Position numbers and translations under genes: made by a program. This document shows positions 17,788 through 29,621 of a stretch of 64,000 nt of DNA, one piece after another. This stretch comes from Pseudomonadales bacterium (GTDB taxonomy: Bacteria > Pseudomonadota > Gammaproteobacteria > Pseudomonadales > UBA5862). Location of the stretch: assembly GCA_024234215.1 (NCBI GenBank), contig JACKOQ010000001.1, positions 671,674 through 735,673 on the forward strand, read 5' to 3'. The notes beneath the pieces are model-generated. The model searched no databases. It saw only the letters and a list, made by a program, of their open reading frames with translations, and had not been told where the DNA came from. Each line of letters begins with the position of its first letter. The stretch's first letter is position 1.

Positions 17788-18634
17788 CGGGGCGGTTCAT
17801 CTGCATCTGCTGAAGCTGGCGCATGTTGATCTGCAACTCCTGCATCGAGCGGTTGAGCTGCATCCGCTGCTGATCGAAGGCGGCCACGGCGGCCTCGTTT
17901 TCGCGCAGCCGCCTTTCGATCGCGTTCAGCAGGCCGGGGTCGGCTTGCTGCACCGTGACCAGTTGCTCTTCGACGGTGCGCAGCCGATTGGTCAGTTGCC
18001 GGGCGATCAGCTCATCCTGGCGCTTGACGCCGGCCTCGATGCTCCTGAGCTGTTCCGCCAGACTGGCGGTCTGCCGCTCGATGGCCTCCTGTCGCTGTGC
18101 CTGTTCGCCGATGCGGCGGTTGACCCCGTCGATGTCGGTCAGCCCCTTGCTCATGCGGCTGGAGAGGTCGCCCATCTGATTCTGCACCGTGTCGATCGAC
18201 TGTCTGCTCTGGGTGCTCAGATCCTGATCGCGCTGCTTCTGTCTTTCGATCAGTTTGCGCACCTCGGCGTCGAGCTGCTCGATGCGGCTGGAGAGGTCGC
18301 CGGTGCCGCCGGTACCCTTGCCGGCAATGCCGAGGCGGGCCTGCAGGGCGGTCAGCGCCGCGATGTTGTTCAGATCGGCCTCCCGCAGCGACTTGATGTC
18401 GTGTTGCAGTGCGGTCAGGTACTGCACGGTGAGAAAGCCGCCGCCGGCGATGGCGGCGGTCAGTGCAATCAGCACCAGCCAGACCAGCAGCAGTCCGCGA
18501 CTTTTTCCAGGGGGGGGCTGCCCCTCCTTGTCACGTGGCCGGCCGCTCTGGCGGCGCTGCTGATAGGTGGCGATCTCATCGATCTCGGGTGCGAGGCGTG
18601 GCGGTCCCGCGGGCTTGGAGTCACTGTTGGGCAT
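17780..18634 (-). CDS. Membrane-anchored coiled-coil protein, function unknown
   Basis: Pro/Arg-rich N-terminus, one TM helix (LLLVWLVLIALTAAIAGGGFL), then ~200 aa of Gln/Arg/Glu heptad-like sequence with an internal repeat (GDLSSRIEQLD / GDLSSRMSKGL). Confidence 0.6.
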   Translation of the reverse strand: MPNSDSKPAGPPRLAPEIDEIATYQQRRQSGRPRDKEGQPPPGKSRGLLLVWLVLIALTAAIAGGGFLTVQYLTALQHDIKSLREADLNNIAALTALQARLGIAGKGTGGTGDLSSRIEQLDAEVRKLIERQKQRDQDLSTQSRQSIDTVQNQMGDLSSRMSKGLTDIDGVNRRIGEQAQRQEAIERQTASLAEQLRSIEAGVKRQDELIARQLTNRLRTVEEQLVTVQQADPGLLNAIERRLRENEAAVAAFDQQRMQLNRSMQELQINMRQLQQMQMNRPGG

Positions 18635-18682
18635 GGGCAGGGGGTCCGGTGGTAAAGCGGAGGCTAGTCAATCACAGTGGCG

Positions 18683-19951
18683 TCATGGCGCCAACCGGAT
18701 GCGGGCGATCTTGATCTGGTGCTCCTTGATCTGCACCGTTTCGACCTGGTAGGCACCGATGCGGATGCAGGCATTGCCGTCGGGAATCGACTCCATCTGC
18801 TCCAGAATCAGGCCGTTCAGCGTGCGCGGGCCATCGGTGGGCAGGTGCCAGTTGAGCGAGCGGTTGATTTCGCGCAGCGGCATCGAGCCCTCGATCAGGT
18901 AGCCCGCTTCATCATCCTGACTGATGCCCCACTCGGTTTCGGCGATGTTGCTGGTGAAGTTGCCGACGATCTCCTCGAGGATGTCCTCGAGTGTGACGAT
19001 GCCGAGTACCTCGCCATACTCGTCGGCGACGATGCCGATGCGGCGCTTCTCATGCTGGAAGTGCAGCAGCTGGCTCTGCAGGTCGGTGCTTTCCGGCACG
19101 AAGTAGGGCTCGCGCACCAGCGCCAGCAGCTTGTCGTGGGTCGGGTTGGGATCGGTCAGAAAGCGCGCGACGTTGCGCAGATGCAGAATCCCCACCACCT
19201 GGTTGAGCTCGCCGCGATAGACCGGCAGGCGGGTGTGCAGGCTGCTGCGCAGTTGCTCGATGATCAGGTTGAGCGGGGCCTCGATGTCGATGCCGATCAC
19301 CTCTCCGCGCGGAATCATGATGTCGCGGATGGTCAGCTCCTCCAGTTCGAAGATGCGCAGCAGCATGCTGTGGTGACGGCCGGGCTGCATGCCGCCGGCT
19401 TCGAGCACCACGGTGCGCAGCTCCTCGGTCGAGAGCTGGTCGGGGCTGCTCTGTCTGATCTTGACGCCAAAAAGGTAAAGCAGGCCATTGGAGAAGGTAT
19501 TGATCAGCCAGACCAGCGGCGAAAACAGCCGCAGCAGTGGCAGCAGCACCCAGGAGGCGGGGTAGGCGATCCGTTCCGGGTAGAGCGCGGCCCAGGTCTT
19601 GGGAGTGGCCTCGCTGAAGATCAGCAGCGCGAAGGTGGTGATGGCCGTGGCGATGCCGGCGGCGGTGGCAATGTTGTCCTCACCGATCAGCCGGACCGCC
19701 AGGATGGTCGCCAGCGAGGCGGCCAGATTGTTGGCGAAGTTGTTGCCGATCAGGATGAACCCGATCAGCCGATCGGGCCGCCGCAGCAGCAGTGTGGTGC
19801 GGCGCGCGCCGCCATGGCCCTTGGCGTCGAGATGCTTCAGGCGGTAGCGGTTGAGCGCCATCATCCCGGTTTCGGCGGCCGAGAAGAATGCCGAGACCAG
19901 CATCAGGCCAACCATGATGCCGAGCAGCAGGGAGAGCGGTAGGTCGGTCAA
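18683..19951 (-). CDS. HlyC/CorC-family transporter (DUF21 TM domain + CBS pair + CorC_HlyC C-terminal domain)
   Basis: N-terminal DUF21 motif FFSAAETGMMALNRYRLKHL, a central CBS pair (IMIPRGEVIGIDIE...VGILHLRNV) and a C-terminal transporter-associated domain (GYLIEGSMPLREIN). Confidence 0.9.
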   Translation of the reverse strand: MTDLPLSLLLGIMVGLMLVSAFFSAAETGMMALNRYRLKHLDAKGHGGARRTTLLLRRPDRLIGFILIGNNFANNLAASLATILAVRLIGEDNIATAAGIATAITTFALLIFSEATPKTWAALYPERIAYPASWVLLPLLRLFSPLVWLINTFSNGLLYLFGVKIRQSSPDQLSTEELRTVVLEAGGMQPGRHHSMLLRIFELEELTIRDIMIPRGEVIGIDIEAPLNLIIEQLRSSLHTRLPVYRGELNQVVGILHLRNVARFLTDPNPTHDKLLALVREPYFVPESTDLQSQLLHFQHEKRRIGIVADEYGEVLGIVTLEDILEEIVGNFTSNIAETEWGISQDDEAGYLIEGSMPLREINRSLNWHLPTDGPRTLNGLILEQMESIPDGNACIRIGAYQVETVQIKEHQIKIARIRLAP

Positions 19952-19994
19952 GGGCTTCCTTTTTCTGTTGTTCCCGGCAGTGCCGGTCCGAGGG

Positions 19995-20936
19995 TCAAGG
20001 GTTCGGACGGTGCAGAATCAGCTCCAGCACCAGTTTGCTGCCATAGAAGGCCAGCATCAACGCCAGAAAGCCGAAGAGCGTCCAGCGCACGGCGGTGCTG
20101 CCGCGCCAGCCGAACCGATGTCGCCCCCACAATAGCGCAGCGAAAATGCACCAGGCGATCAGCGAGAGGATGGTCTTGTGGGCCAGATGCTGGGCGAACA
20201 GATTCTCCAGCGAAAGCGCACCGCTGACGATGGCGAGGGTCAGCAGCAGCAGGCCGAAGCGGATCAGTTGGAACAGCAGCTTCTCCATCGTCTCGAGTGG
20301 CGGCAGGTGGCGCAGCAGCTTCCAGCCATGACGTGCCTTCAATTGCCGGTTCTGAAACGCCAGCAGCAGCGCCTGAAACGCAGCAACGGCCAGCAGGCTG
20401 TAGGCCAGCACCGAGCTGATGATGTGCAGAGTCAGGCCCGGGGAGGGTGTCGGAAAGGGCTGGTAAGGACTCTTCAGCACCGCGCCCAGCAGTGTGCTGA
20501 GCGCTGCCAGTGGCAGAATCAGGATGAACAGATTGTCCATCGGCTCGCGCAGACTGGCGGCGAGTGTCATCAGCACCATCGATGCAGCGACGGCGCTGAC
20601 CACATGAAACAGCCCCAGATCGATGCCGAGCGGCGTCAGGATCAGCCCGCGCAGGTGGAGGGTCTGGGCCACCAGTCCGGTGAGCCCCAGCAGACGGATC
20701 CAGCGTGGTGCGATCTCGGTTCTGTCGGTGAAGGAGCGCCACTGCAGCAGGGCGCCCAGGCTGTAGCAGGCAATGGCAAAAAAGGCGGTTTGGATCACCA
20801 GAGGCTCATCAGTGAGTCGGGTTTTTTCGGGCAGGGCACGTGCGCGGTCAGTATAGGAGCATCCCCACAGGCTGGGAATAGCGCCGCTTTGTTGCGCGAC
20901 GCGGTCGAGGTCGCGGCTATAATCGCCCTTTGTCAC
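19995..20936 (-). CDS. CcsA-like / YpjD-family inner-membrane protein (cytochrome c assembly protein family)
   Basis: Polytopic membrane protein divergent from ffh, which is the classical ypjD-ffh arrangement. The true start is probably internal (about 20798, VIQTAFFAI...), because the first ~45 residues are non-hydrophobic. Confidence 0.78.
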   Translation of the reverse strand: MTKGDYSRDLDRVAQQSGAIPSLWGCSYTDRARALPEKTRLTDEPLVIQTAFFAIACYSLGALLQWRSFTDRTEIAPRWIRLLGLTGLVAQTLHLRGLILTPLGIDLGLFHVVSAVAASMVLMTLAASLREPMDNLFILILPLAALSTLLGAVLKSPYQPFPTPSPGLTLHIISSVLAYSLLAVAAFQALLLAFQNRQLKARHGWKLLRHLPPLETMEKLLFQLIRFGLLLLTLAIVSGALSLENLFAQHLAHKTILSLIAWCIFAALLWGRHRFGWRGSTAVRWTLFGFLALMLAFYGSKLVLELILHRPNP

Positions 20937-20960
20937 TTTATTGCGATTGCAGAGGCGGAC

Positions 20961-22337
20961 ATGTTCGAGAGTCTGGCGGATCGGCTTTCAAAGACCTTGC
21001 GCGGCATCACCGGTCAGGCCCGGCTGACCGATGACAACATCAAGGCGACGCTGCGCGAGGTGCGGCTGGCGCTGCTGGAAGCCGACGTGGCGCTGCCGGT
21101 GGTGAAGGACTTCATCGAACGGGTCCGGGAGCGGGCGGTCGGCCAGGAGGTGATGCGCAGCCTGACGCCGGGCCAGGTTTTCGTCGGCATCGTCCAGCGC
21201 GAACTCGAAGCGGTGATGGGTGAGCGCAATGAGCGGCTCAATCTGGCCGCTCAACCGCCGGCCGTCATCCTGATGGCGGGCTTGCAGGGCGCGGGCAAGA
21301 CCACCACCGTGGCCAAACTGGCGCGCTATCTCTCCGAGCGTGAACATAAAAAGCCGCTGCTGGTCAGCGTCGACGTCTATCGTCCGGCCGCGATCAAACA
21401 GTTGCAGCTGCTGGCCGACGAGGTCGGGGCCGAGTTCTTCCCCAGTGAGACTGGCCAGCAGCCGCTCGACATCGTCCGCGCCGCCATCGACCAGGCGCGG
21501 CGAAAGTTCTTCGATGTGGTGATCGTCGACACCGCCGGGCGGCTGCATGTCGACGAGGCGATGATGAACGAGATCAAGCAGCTGCATGCGGCGATCAATC
21601 CGGTCGAGACGCTCTTCGTGGTCGACGCGATGACTGGCCAGGATGCCGCCAACACCGCCAAGGCGTTCAACGATGCGCTGGCCCTGACCGGGGTGATCCT
21701 GACCAAGGTCGATGGCGATGCCCGCGGTGGCGCGGCGCTCTCGGTCCGGCAGATCACCGGCAAGCCGATCAAGTTCATCGGTGTCGGCGAGCGCAATGAT
21801 GCACTGGAGCCGTTCCATCCGGACCGGATCGCCTCGCGCATCCTCGGCATGGGCGATGTGCTGTCGCTGATCGAGGAGGCCGAGCGCAAGCTCGACAAAC
21901 AGAAGGCCGAGCAGCTCAGCAAGAAGCTGCAAAAGGGCAAGGGCTTCGATCTGGAGGATTTTCGTGACCAGTTGCAGCAGATGCGCAACATGGGTGGCAT
22001 CACCGGCATTCTCGATAAGATTCCTGGCCTGGGTGGCGGCATTCCCCAGGCGGCACGCAATCAGGTCAACGAGCGGCTGTTCGTGCAGATGGAGGCGATG
22101 ATCAACTCGATGACGCCGCTGGAGCGGCGCAAGCCGGAGCTGATCAACGGTTCGCGCAAGCGGCGCATCACCGAGGGGTCAGGGACGCAGATCCAGGATC
22201 TCAACCGTCTGCTGAAGCAGCACAAGCAGATGCAGAAGATGATGAAGACCATGGGCAAGAAGGGCGGCATGGCCAACCTGATGCGCGGCATGGGTGGACG
22301 GCTGCCGCCCGGCGGCATGCCGCCGATGAATTTTTAG
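20961..22337 (+). CDS. ffh: Signal recognition particle protein Ffh
   Basis: MFESLADRLSKTLRGITGQARLTDDNI, GLQGAGKTTT, DTAGRLH, TKVDGDARGG, and a Met-rich C-terminal M-domain. The N-terminal 260 codons of the ORF track are an antisense extension and are rejected. Confidence 0.97.
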   Translation: MFESLADRLSKTLRGITGQARLTDDNIKATLREVRLALLEADVALPVVKDFIERVRERAVGQEVMRSLTPGQVFVGIVQRELEAVMGERNERLNLAAQPPAVILMAGLQGAGKTTTVAKLARYLSEREHKKPLLVSVDVYRPAAIKQLQLLADEVGAEFFPSETGQQPLDIVRAAIDQARRKFFDVVIVDTAGRLHVDEAMMNEIKQLHAAINPVETLFVVDAMTGQDAANTAKAFNDALALTGVILTKVDGDARGGAALSVRQITGKPIKFIGVGERNDALEPFHPDRIASRILGMGDVLSLIEEAERKLDKQKAEQLSKKLQKGKGFDLEDFRDQLQQMRNMGGITGILDKIPGLGGGIPQAARNQVNERLFVQMEAMINSMTPLERRKPELINGSRKRRITEGSGTQIQDLNRLLKQHKQMQKMMKTMGKKGGMANLMRGMGGRLPPGGMPPMNF

Positions 22338-22576
22338 GCTTTTTGCCCGCTTTCATCCTTCGACGGCCGCAAACGCCGGGCGTTTCGGGCCGATTCATGC
22401 CAGAAACAGCCTCTCTGCAGGCTGATCCGTAGCGGGTGCGACTGACTCTTGTCACCAATGTGTGGCAATGGCTTAGAATATCTCCCCTTTCGCTTCGCTC
22501 AGGACATGCCTCTGCCGCGCCTGCGTCTTGACGCTGCGGAGGGGTCCGTCATCCCATTTGATCAGAGTAGTTTTCC

Positions 22577-25500
22577 ATGCAGACCGGTCTATACCACCCT
22601 GATGAGTTCAAGGACAACTGCGGCTTTGGTCTGATCGCCCAGATCGAAGGGCGAACCAGCCATGCCTTGCTGCGGTCGGCCATCGATGCGCTCAACTGCA
22701 TGACCCACCGTGGTGGCATCGCCGCGGATGGCAAGACCGGGGATGGCTGTGGTCTGTTGATGCAGAAGCCCGATCGCTTCCTGCGTGAGGTGGCGGGTGA
22801 ACTGTTCGGTCGGCCACTGGCCGAGCTGTACAGCTGTGGCATGGTGTTTCTGTCGCAGCAGGAGTCGGCCGCGCTGTCGGCCAGGCAGGCGCTGGAGCAG
22901 GCGTTGATCGGCGAAGGCTTGGTCGTGACGGGATGGCGGCCGGTGCCGACCGATCCGACGGTGCTGGGGCCGATCGCGCTCGGCAACATGCCGCGCTTCG
23001 AGCAGATCTTTGTCGAAGCACCGGCCGGCCTCGATGAGCGTACATTCAATGTCCGGCTGTTCATCGCCAGGCGCAAGGCCGAACGCGCCGTGGCGCCGGT
23101 CGACCAGGAGTTTTACATCACCAGCCTGTCGAGCAAGGTGCTCTGCTACAAGGGGCTGATGATGCCGGCCGATCTGCCGCGCTTCTATCCCGATCTGCAC
23201 GATGCGCGCATGGAGACGGCGATCTGCACCTTCCATCAGCGTTTCTCGACCAACACCCTGCCGAAGTGGCCGCTGGCGCAACCCTTCCGGCTGCTGGCGC
23301 ACAATGGCGAAATCAACACGATCCAGGGCAACCGCAACTGGGTGAGTGCGCGTGAGGCGCGCATGAGCACGCCCTGGCTGCCCGACATTGCCGCCATCTC
23401 GCCGCTGGTCAACCGCGAGGGCTCCGACTCCTCGTCGATGGACAACATGCTGGAGACACTGCTGGCCGGCGGGGTCGATCTCTACCGGGCGGTGCGGATG
23501 ATGATTCCGCCGGCCTGGGAAAATGTCGAGACCATCGACACCGACCTGCGTGCCTTCCACGAGTATCACTCGATGTTGATGGAGGCCTGGGATGGTCCGG
23601 CCGGGATCGTGCTGACCGAAGGGAGCACCGCCGTCTGTCTGCTCGATCGCAACGGTCTGCGCCCGGCGCGCTGGGTGATGACCCAGGATGGCATCATCAC
23701 GGTCTCTTCGGAGATCGGCGTGCGGCGGGTACCGCCCGAAACGGTGGTGGCCAAGGGTCGGGTCGGACCGGGACAGATTCTCGCCATCGACACGGTGGCG
23801 GGTCGGGTGTTGCACACCGACGAGATCGATGATCTGCTGAAATCGGCCCACCCCTACAAGCGCTGGATCAAGGAGCGCTCGGTTCACATCGAATCGAAGC
23901 TGGTCGAGGAGGACATCGACCTCGCCCACCTGGCGCCGGGTGAACGCAATGCCTACATGAAGATGTTCCATGTCACCCGCGAGGAGCGTGATCAGACGCT
24001 GCGGGTGCTGGGCGAGAGTGGGCAGGAAGCGACCGGTTCGATGGGCGACGACATTCCGATGGCGGTGCTGTCGCAGCAGGTGCGTTCACTCTATGACTAT
24101 TTCCGGCAGCAGTTTGCCCAGGTGACCAATCCGCCGATCGACTCGCTGCGCGAAGGCGTGGTGATGTCGCTGGAGACCAAGCTGGGTTCGGAGCGCAACA
24201 TCTTCACCCAGACCCCGGAGCACGCCGAACAGGTGCTGCTCACCTCGCCGACGCTGTCACCGGCCAAGTTCGCCAAGTTGCTGCAACTCAACCATGCCGG
24301 TTTCAAGGTGGCCACCCTTGATCTCAACTTTCCGGTCGAAGTCGGGCTCGAAGCAGCGGTCCGGCAACTGATCGAACAGGCTGAGCAACGGGTGCGTGAC
24401 GGCGTCAACATCCTGGTGCTGAGCGACCGCGGCATCACGTCGGGCAAGCTGCCGGTCCATGCGCTGATGGCCACCGGTGCAGTGCATCACCGGCTGATTG
24501 CGAGCGGGCTGCGCGCTGACACCTCGATCGTCGTCGAGACCGCCACGGCGCGCGACCCGCACCAGTTGGCGGTGCTGCTGGGCTATGGCGCCACGGCGGT
24601 CTACCCCTATCTCGGCTATGAGGTGATCAACAGCCTGGTCGAGGATGGCACCCTGCTCTGCGACATCGAGGAGGCGCACAAGAATTATCGCAAGGGGATC
24701 AACAAGGGGCTGCTGAAGATCCTCTCGAAGATGGGCATCTCCACCATCGCCTCCTACCGGGGCGCGCAACTGTTCGAGGCGATCGGTCTGCACCGCAATC
24801 TGGTCGACCTCTGCTTCAGTGGCACCGTCAGCCGCATCGGCGGCGCCGATTTCGACGATTTTCACGTTGAGCAGCAGATTCTGGCCGCCGAGGCCTGGTC
24901 ACCGCGCAAGCCGCTGCGTGCCGGTGGCCTGCACAAATATGTGCATGGTCAGGAGTACCACTGTTTCAATCCCGATGTGGTGGGGACGCTGCAGCAGGCG
25001 GTGCAGAGCGGTGATTACCGTACTTACCGCAAGTATGCCGAACTGGTCAATGAGCGGCCGGTGGCGACGCTGCGTGATCTCTTTGCATTGCGCGGCGACA
25101 TCAAGCCGGTTCCGCTCGACGAGGTGGAGCCGATCGAGGCGATTCTGCCGCGGTTCGACTCCGCCGGCATGTCATTGGGCGCCCTGTCGCCCGAGGCGCA
25201 TGAGTCGCTGGCGACGGCGATGAACCGGCTGGGCGCGCGCTCCAACTCGGGCGAGGGTGGCGAAGATCCGGCCCGCTACGGCACCGAGCGGGTCTCCAAG
25301 ATCAAGCAGATCGCCTCCGGCCGCTTTGGCGTCACGCCGCACTACCTGGTCAACGCCGAGGTGATTCAGATCAAGATCGCCCAGGGGGCCAAGCCGGGTG
25401 AGGGCGGACAGTTGCCGGGGGGCAAGGTCAACGAGCTGATTGCCCGGCTGCGCTATTCGATTCCCGGCGTGACGCTGATCTCGCCACCGCCGCACCATGA

Positions 25501-27031
25501 CATCTATTCGATCGAGGATCTGGCGCAGCTGATCTTCGATCTCAAGCAGGTCAATCCGAAGGCGCTGATTTCGGTCAAGCTGGTGGCCGAACCAGGTGTC
25601 GGCACCATTGCCGCCGGGGTCACCAAGGCCTATGCCGACCTCATCACCATCTCCGGTTATGACGGCGGCACCGCGGCGAGTCCGATCACCTCGATCCGCT
25701 ATGCCGGCTCCCCATGGGAGCTGGGGCTGAGCGAGGCGCAGCAGACCCTGCGGATGAACCACCTGCGTGACAAGGTGCGCTTGCAGACCGATGGCGGACT
25801 CAAGAGCGGCCTCGACGTGGTCAAGGCCGCCATGCTGGGGGCCGAGAGTTTCGGTTTCGGCACGGCGCCGATGGTGGCGCTCGGCTGCAAATACCTGCGC
25901 ATCTGCCACCTCAACAACTGCGCCACCGGGGTGGCGACGCAGAACCACCAGTTGCGTCAGGAGCACTACATCGGCACCGTCGAGATGGCGATGAACTTCT
26001 TCCGCTTCGTCGCGATGGAGACGCGGGAGTGGCTGGCGCGGCTCGGCGTGCGCAAACTCGAAGAGCTGGTGGGGCGCAGCGATCTGCTGGAGCTGCTGCC
26101 CGGAGCGACTGCCAAGCAGCGCAAGCTTGACCTGACGCCAATCCTGGCCAACCAGTCGCTGCCGGCCGAGCTGCCGCAGTTCTGCAAGTCGCTGCGCAAC
26201 ATGCCGTTCGACAAGGGCGAACTGGCCGAGCGGATGGTGCGTGACATCCTGCCGGCCATCGAAAGCAAAAGCGGCGGCAGCTACCACTATCGGGTCACCA
26301 ACTGCGACCGCACCCTGGGGGCGCGGCTCTCCGGCGAGATTGCCCGCCGCCATGGCAACAACGGCATGAGCGATGCCCCGGTCCAGCTGCTGCTGGAGGG
26401 AACCGCCGGACAGAGTCTGGGTGCTTTCAATGCCGGTGGGCTGCACATTCACCTGACCGGTGAGGCCAACGACTACGTCGGCAAGGGGATGGCCGGTGGC
26501 CAGGTGGTGATTCGCCCCCATCCGCAGAGCCGGTTGGCGACGGAGAAGACCGCGATCATCGGCAACACCTGCCTCTATGGCGCCACCGGCGGCAAGCTGT
26601 TCGCGGCCGGCCGGGTCGGCGAGCGGTTCGGTGTGCGCAACTCCGGCGCCCAGGCGGTGGTCGAGGGGGCCGGTGACCACTGCTGCGAGTACATGACCGG
26701 CGGTATCATCACCGTGCTGGGTGACACCGGCTACAACTTCGGCGCCGGCATGACCGGTGGTTTTGCCTATGTGCTCGATCTCGACAACACCTTCGTCGAC
26801 AAGTACAACCACCAGCTGGTCGACATCAACCGGATTCGCAATGAGTTCATGGAGGGCCACCGCAACTTCCTGCGTGGCATGATCGAGGCGTATGTGGCCG
26901 AAACCGGCAGTGGCTGGGGTCAGACGATCCTGGACAACTATGTCGACTTCGTGCGCAAGTTCTGGCTGATCAAACCCAAGGCCGCCGAGTTGGCCGAGCT
27001 GCTCGACAGCGTGCGCAAGAGCCCCCAATGA
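22577..27031 (+). CDS. gltB: Glutamate synthase large subunit
   Basis: 1484 aa. The N-terminal amidotransferase Cys ([10 protein letters not shown]) is followed by FMN/Fe-S central domains and a C-terminal GXGXG beta-helix domain. Confidence 0.98.
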   Translation: MQTGLYHPDEFKDNCGFGLIAQIEGRTSHALLRSAIDALNCMTHRGGIAADGKTGDGCGLLMQKPDRFLREVAGELFGRPLAELYSCGMVFLSQQESAALSARQALEQALIGEGLVVTGWRPVPTDPTVLGPIALGNMPRFEQIFVEAPAGLDERTFNVRLFIARRKAERAVAPVDQEFYITSLSSKVLCYKGLMMPADLPRFYPDLHDARMETAICTFHQRFSTNTLPKWPLAQPFRLLAHNGEINTIQGNRNWVSAREARMSTPWLPDIAAISPLVNREGSDSSSMDNMLETLLAGGVDLYRAVRMMIPPAWENVETIDTDLRAFHEYHSMLMEAWDGPAGIVLTEGSTAVCLLDRNGLRPARWVMTQDGIITVSSEIGVRRVPPETVVAKGRVGPGQILAIDTVAGRVLHTDEIDDLLKSAHPYKRWIKERSVHIESKLVEEDIDLAHLAPGERNAYMKMFHVTREERDQTLRVLGESGQEATGSMGDDIPMAVLSQQVRSLYDYFRQQFAQVTNPPIDSLREGVVMSLETKLGSERNIFTQTPEHAEQVLLTSPTLSPAKFAKLLQLNHAGFKVATLDLNFPVEVGLEAAVRQLIEQAEQRVRDGVNILVLSDRGITSGKLPVHALMATGAVHHRLIASGLRADTSIVVETATARDPHQLAVLLGYGATAVYPYLGYEVINSLVEDGTLLCDIEEAHKNYRKGINKGLLKILSKMGISTIASYRGAQLFEAIGLHRNLVDLCFSGTVSRIGGADFDDFHVEQQILAAEAWSPRKPLRAGGLHKYVHGQEYHCFNPDVVGTLQQAVQSGDYRTYRKYAELVNERPVATLRDLFALRGDIKPVPLDEVEPIEAILPRFDSAGMSLGALSPEAHESLATAMNRLGARSNSGEGGEDPARYGTERVSKIKQIASGRFGVTPHYLVNAEVIQIKIAQGAKPGEGGQLPGGKVNELIARLRYSIPGVTLISPPPHHDIYSIEDLAQLIFDLKQVNPKALISVKLVAEPGVGTIAAGVTKAYADLITISGYDGGTAASPITSIRYAGSPWELGLSEAQQTLRMNHLRDKVRLQTDGGLKSGLDVVKAAMLGAESFGFGTAPMVALGCKYLRICHLNNCATGVATQNHQLRQEHYIGTVEMAMNFFRFVAMETREWLARLGVRKLEELVGRSDLLELLPGATAKQRKLDLTPILANQSLPAELPQFCKSLRNMPFDKGELAERMVRDILPAIESKSGGSYHYRVTNCDRTLGARLSGEIARRHGNNGMSDAPVQLLLEGTAGQSLGAFNAGGLHIHLTGEANDYVGKGMAGGQVVIRPHPQSRLATEKTAIIGNTCLYGATGGKLFAAGRVGERFGVRNSGAQAVVEGAGDHCCEYMTGGIITVLGDTGYNFGAGMTGGFAYVLDLDNTFVDKYNHQLVDINRIRNEFMEGHRNFLRGMIEAYVAETGSGWGQTILDNYVDFVRKFWLIKPKAAELAELLDSVRKSPQ

Positions 27032-27047
27032 GCGGCGATACCATTGA

Positions 27048-28484
<1,437 letters not shown>

Positions 28485-28547
28485 TTCGCACTCCTCAAGA
28501 CAGTCTGCTTCGATTCCATCCACTGCTGACAGGTACAAGACACGCTC

Positions 28548-29621
28548 ATGACCGCCCTGATCAATGACCGCCTGCTGCGCGCACTGCGTCGTGAGCCGGT
28601 GGATGTCACCCCGGTCTGGCTGATGCGCCAGGCCGGCCGCTATCTGCCGGAGTACCGCGCCACCCGCAGCCGTGCCGGCGACTTCATGAGCCTGTGCCAG
28701 AGCCCGCAACTGGCGCTGGAGGTGACGATGCAGCCGCTGGAGCGCTTTGCGCTGGATGCGGCCATCCTGTTCTCCGACATCCTGACCGTGCCGGATGCGA
28801 TGGGATTGGGGCTCTACTTCGAGGAGGGTGAAGGGCCGCGCTTTCGCCAGCCGGTCACGACCCCGGCGGCCATCGAAGCGCTGCCGATTCCCGATGCCGA
28901 GCGCGATCTGGGCTATGTGATGGACGCGGTGCGGCTGATTCGCCGCGAACTGGCCGGGCGGGTGCCGCTGATCGGCTTCTCCGGCAGCCCCTGGACGCTG
29001 GCCACCTACATGGTCGAGGGGCAATCGAGCCGCGATTTTCGCACCATCAAGCGGATGCTGCTCGATCAGCCGGAAGCGCTCGAACTGCTGCTCGACAAGC
29101 TGACGCTGGCGGTGACCGACTATCTGAATGGCCAGATCGCTGCCGGGGTGCAGGCGGTGCAGATCTTCGACACCTGGGGCGGCACCCTGACCACCGGCTG
29201 GTATGAGCGCTTCTCGCTGCGGCCGATGGCGCGGATCGTCGCCGGCCTCAACCCCGCGCCCGACGGCAGTCGGGTGCCGGTGATTCTGTTCACCAAGCAG
29301 GGGGGACTCTGGCTGGAGCGGATCGCCGCGACCGGCTGCGATGCGCTGGGGCTCGACTGGACGGTCGACATCGGTGAGGCGCGTGCGCGGGTGGGCGACC
29401 GGGTGGCGCTGCAGGGCAACCTCGATCCGGTGGTGCTCTATGCCTCACCGGCCGCCATTCGGCACGAAGTGGGTGACATTCTGGCCCGCTATGGTGCCGG
29501 CAATGGCCATGTCTTCAACCTGGGGCATGGCATTCACCCGCAGATCGAACCGGACCATGTCGCCGCGCTGGTCGATGCGGTGCATGAGCTCTCGCTGCCC
29601 TATCACCGGGTTCAGGGCTGA
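28548..29621 (+). CDS. hemE: Uroporphyrinogen decarboxylase
   Basis: [16 protein letters not shown] signature; 357 aa. Confidence 0.97.
   Translation: MTALINDRLLRALRREPVDVTPVWLMRQAGRYLPEYRATRSRAGDFMSLCQSPQLALEVTMQPLERFALDAAILFSDILTVPDAMGLGLYFEEGEGPRFRQPVTTPAAIEALPIPDAERDLGYVMDAVRLIRRELAGRVPLIGFSGSPWTLATYMVEGQSSRDFRTIKRMLLDQPEALELLLDKLTLAVTDYLNGQIAAGVQAVQIFDTWGGTLTTGWYERFSLRPMARIVAGLNPAPDGSRVPVILFTKQGGLWLERIAATGCDALGLDWTVDIGEARARVGDRVALQGNLDPVVLYASPAAIRHEVGDILARYGAGNGHVFNLGHGIHPQIEPDHVAALVDAVHELSLPYHRVQG

Noticed and set aside
22449-22479. A sigma54-like TGGCAATGGCTTAGAA, and a sigma70-like TTGTCA/TAGAAT pair, upstream of gltB.
   Set aside because: The -12 element (TTGC) is absent for sigma54. 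The sigma70 hexamers are separated by 18-19 nt, which is too weak to call as a feature.
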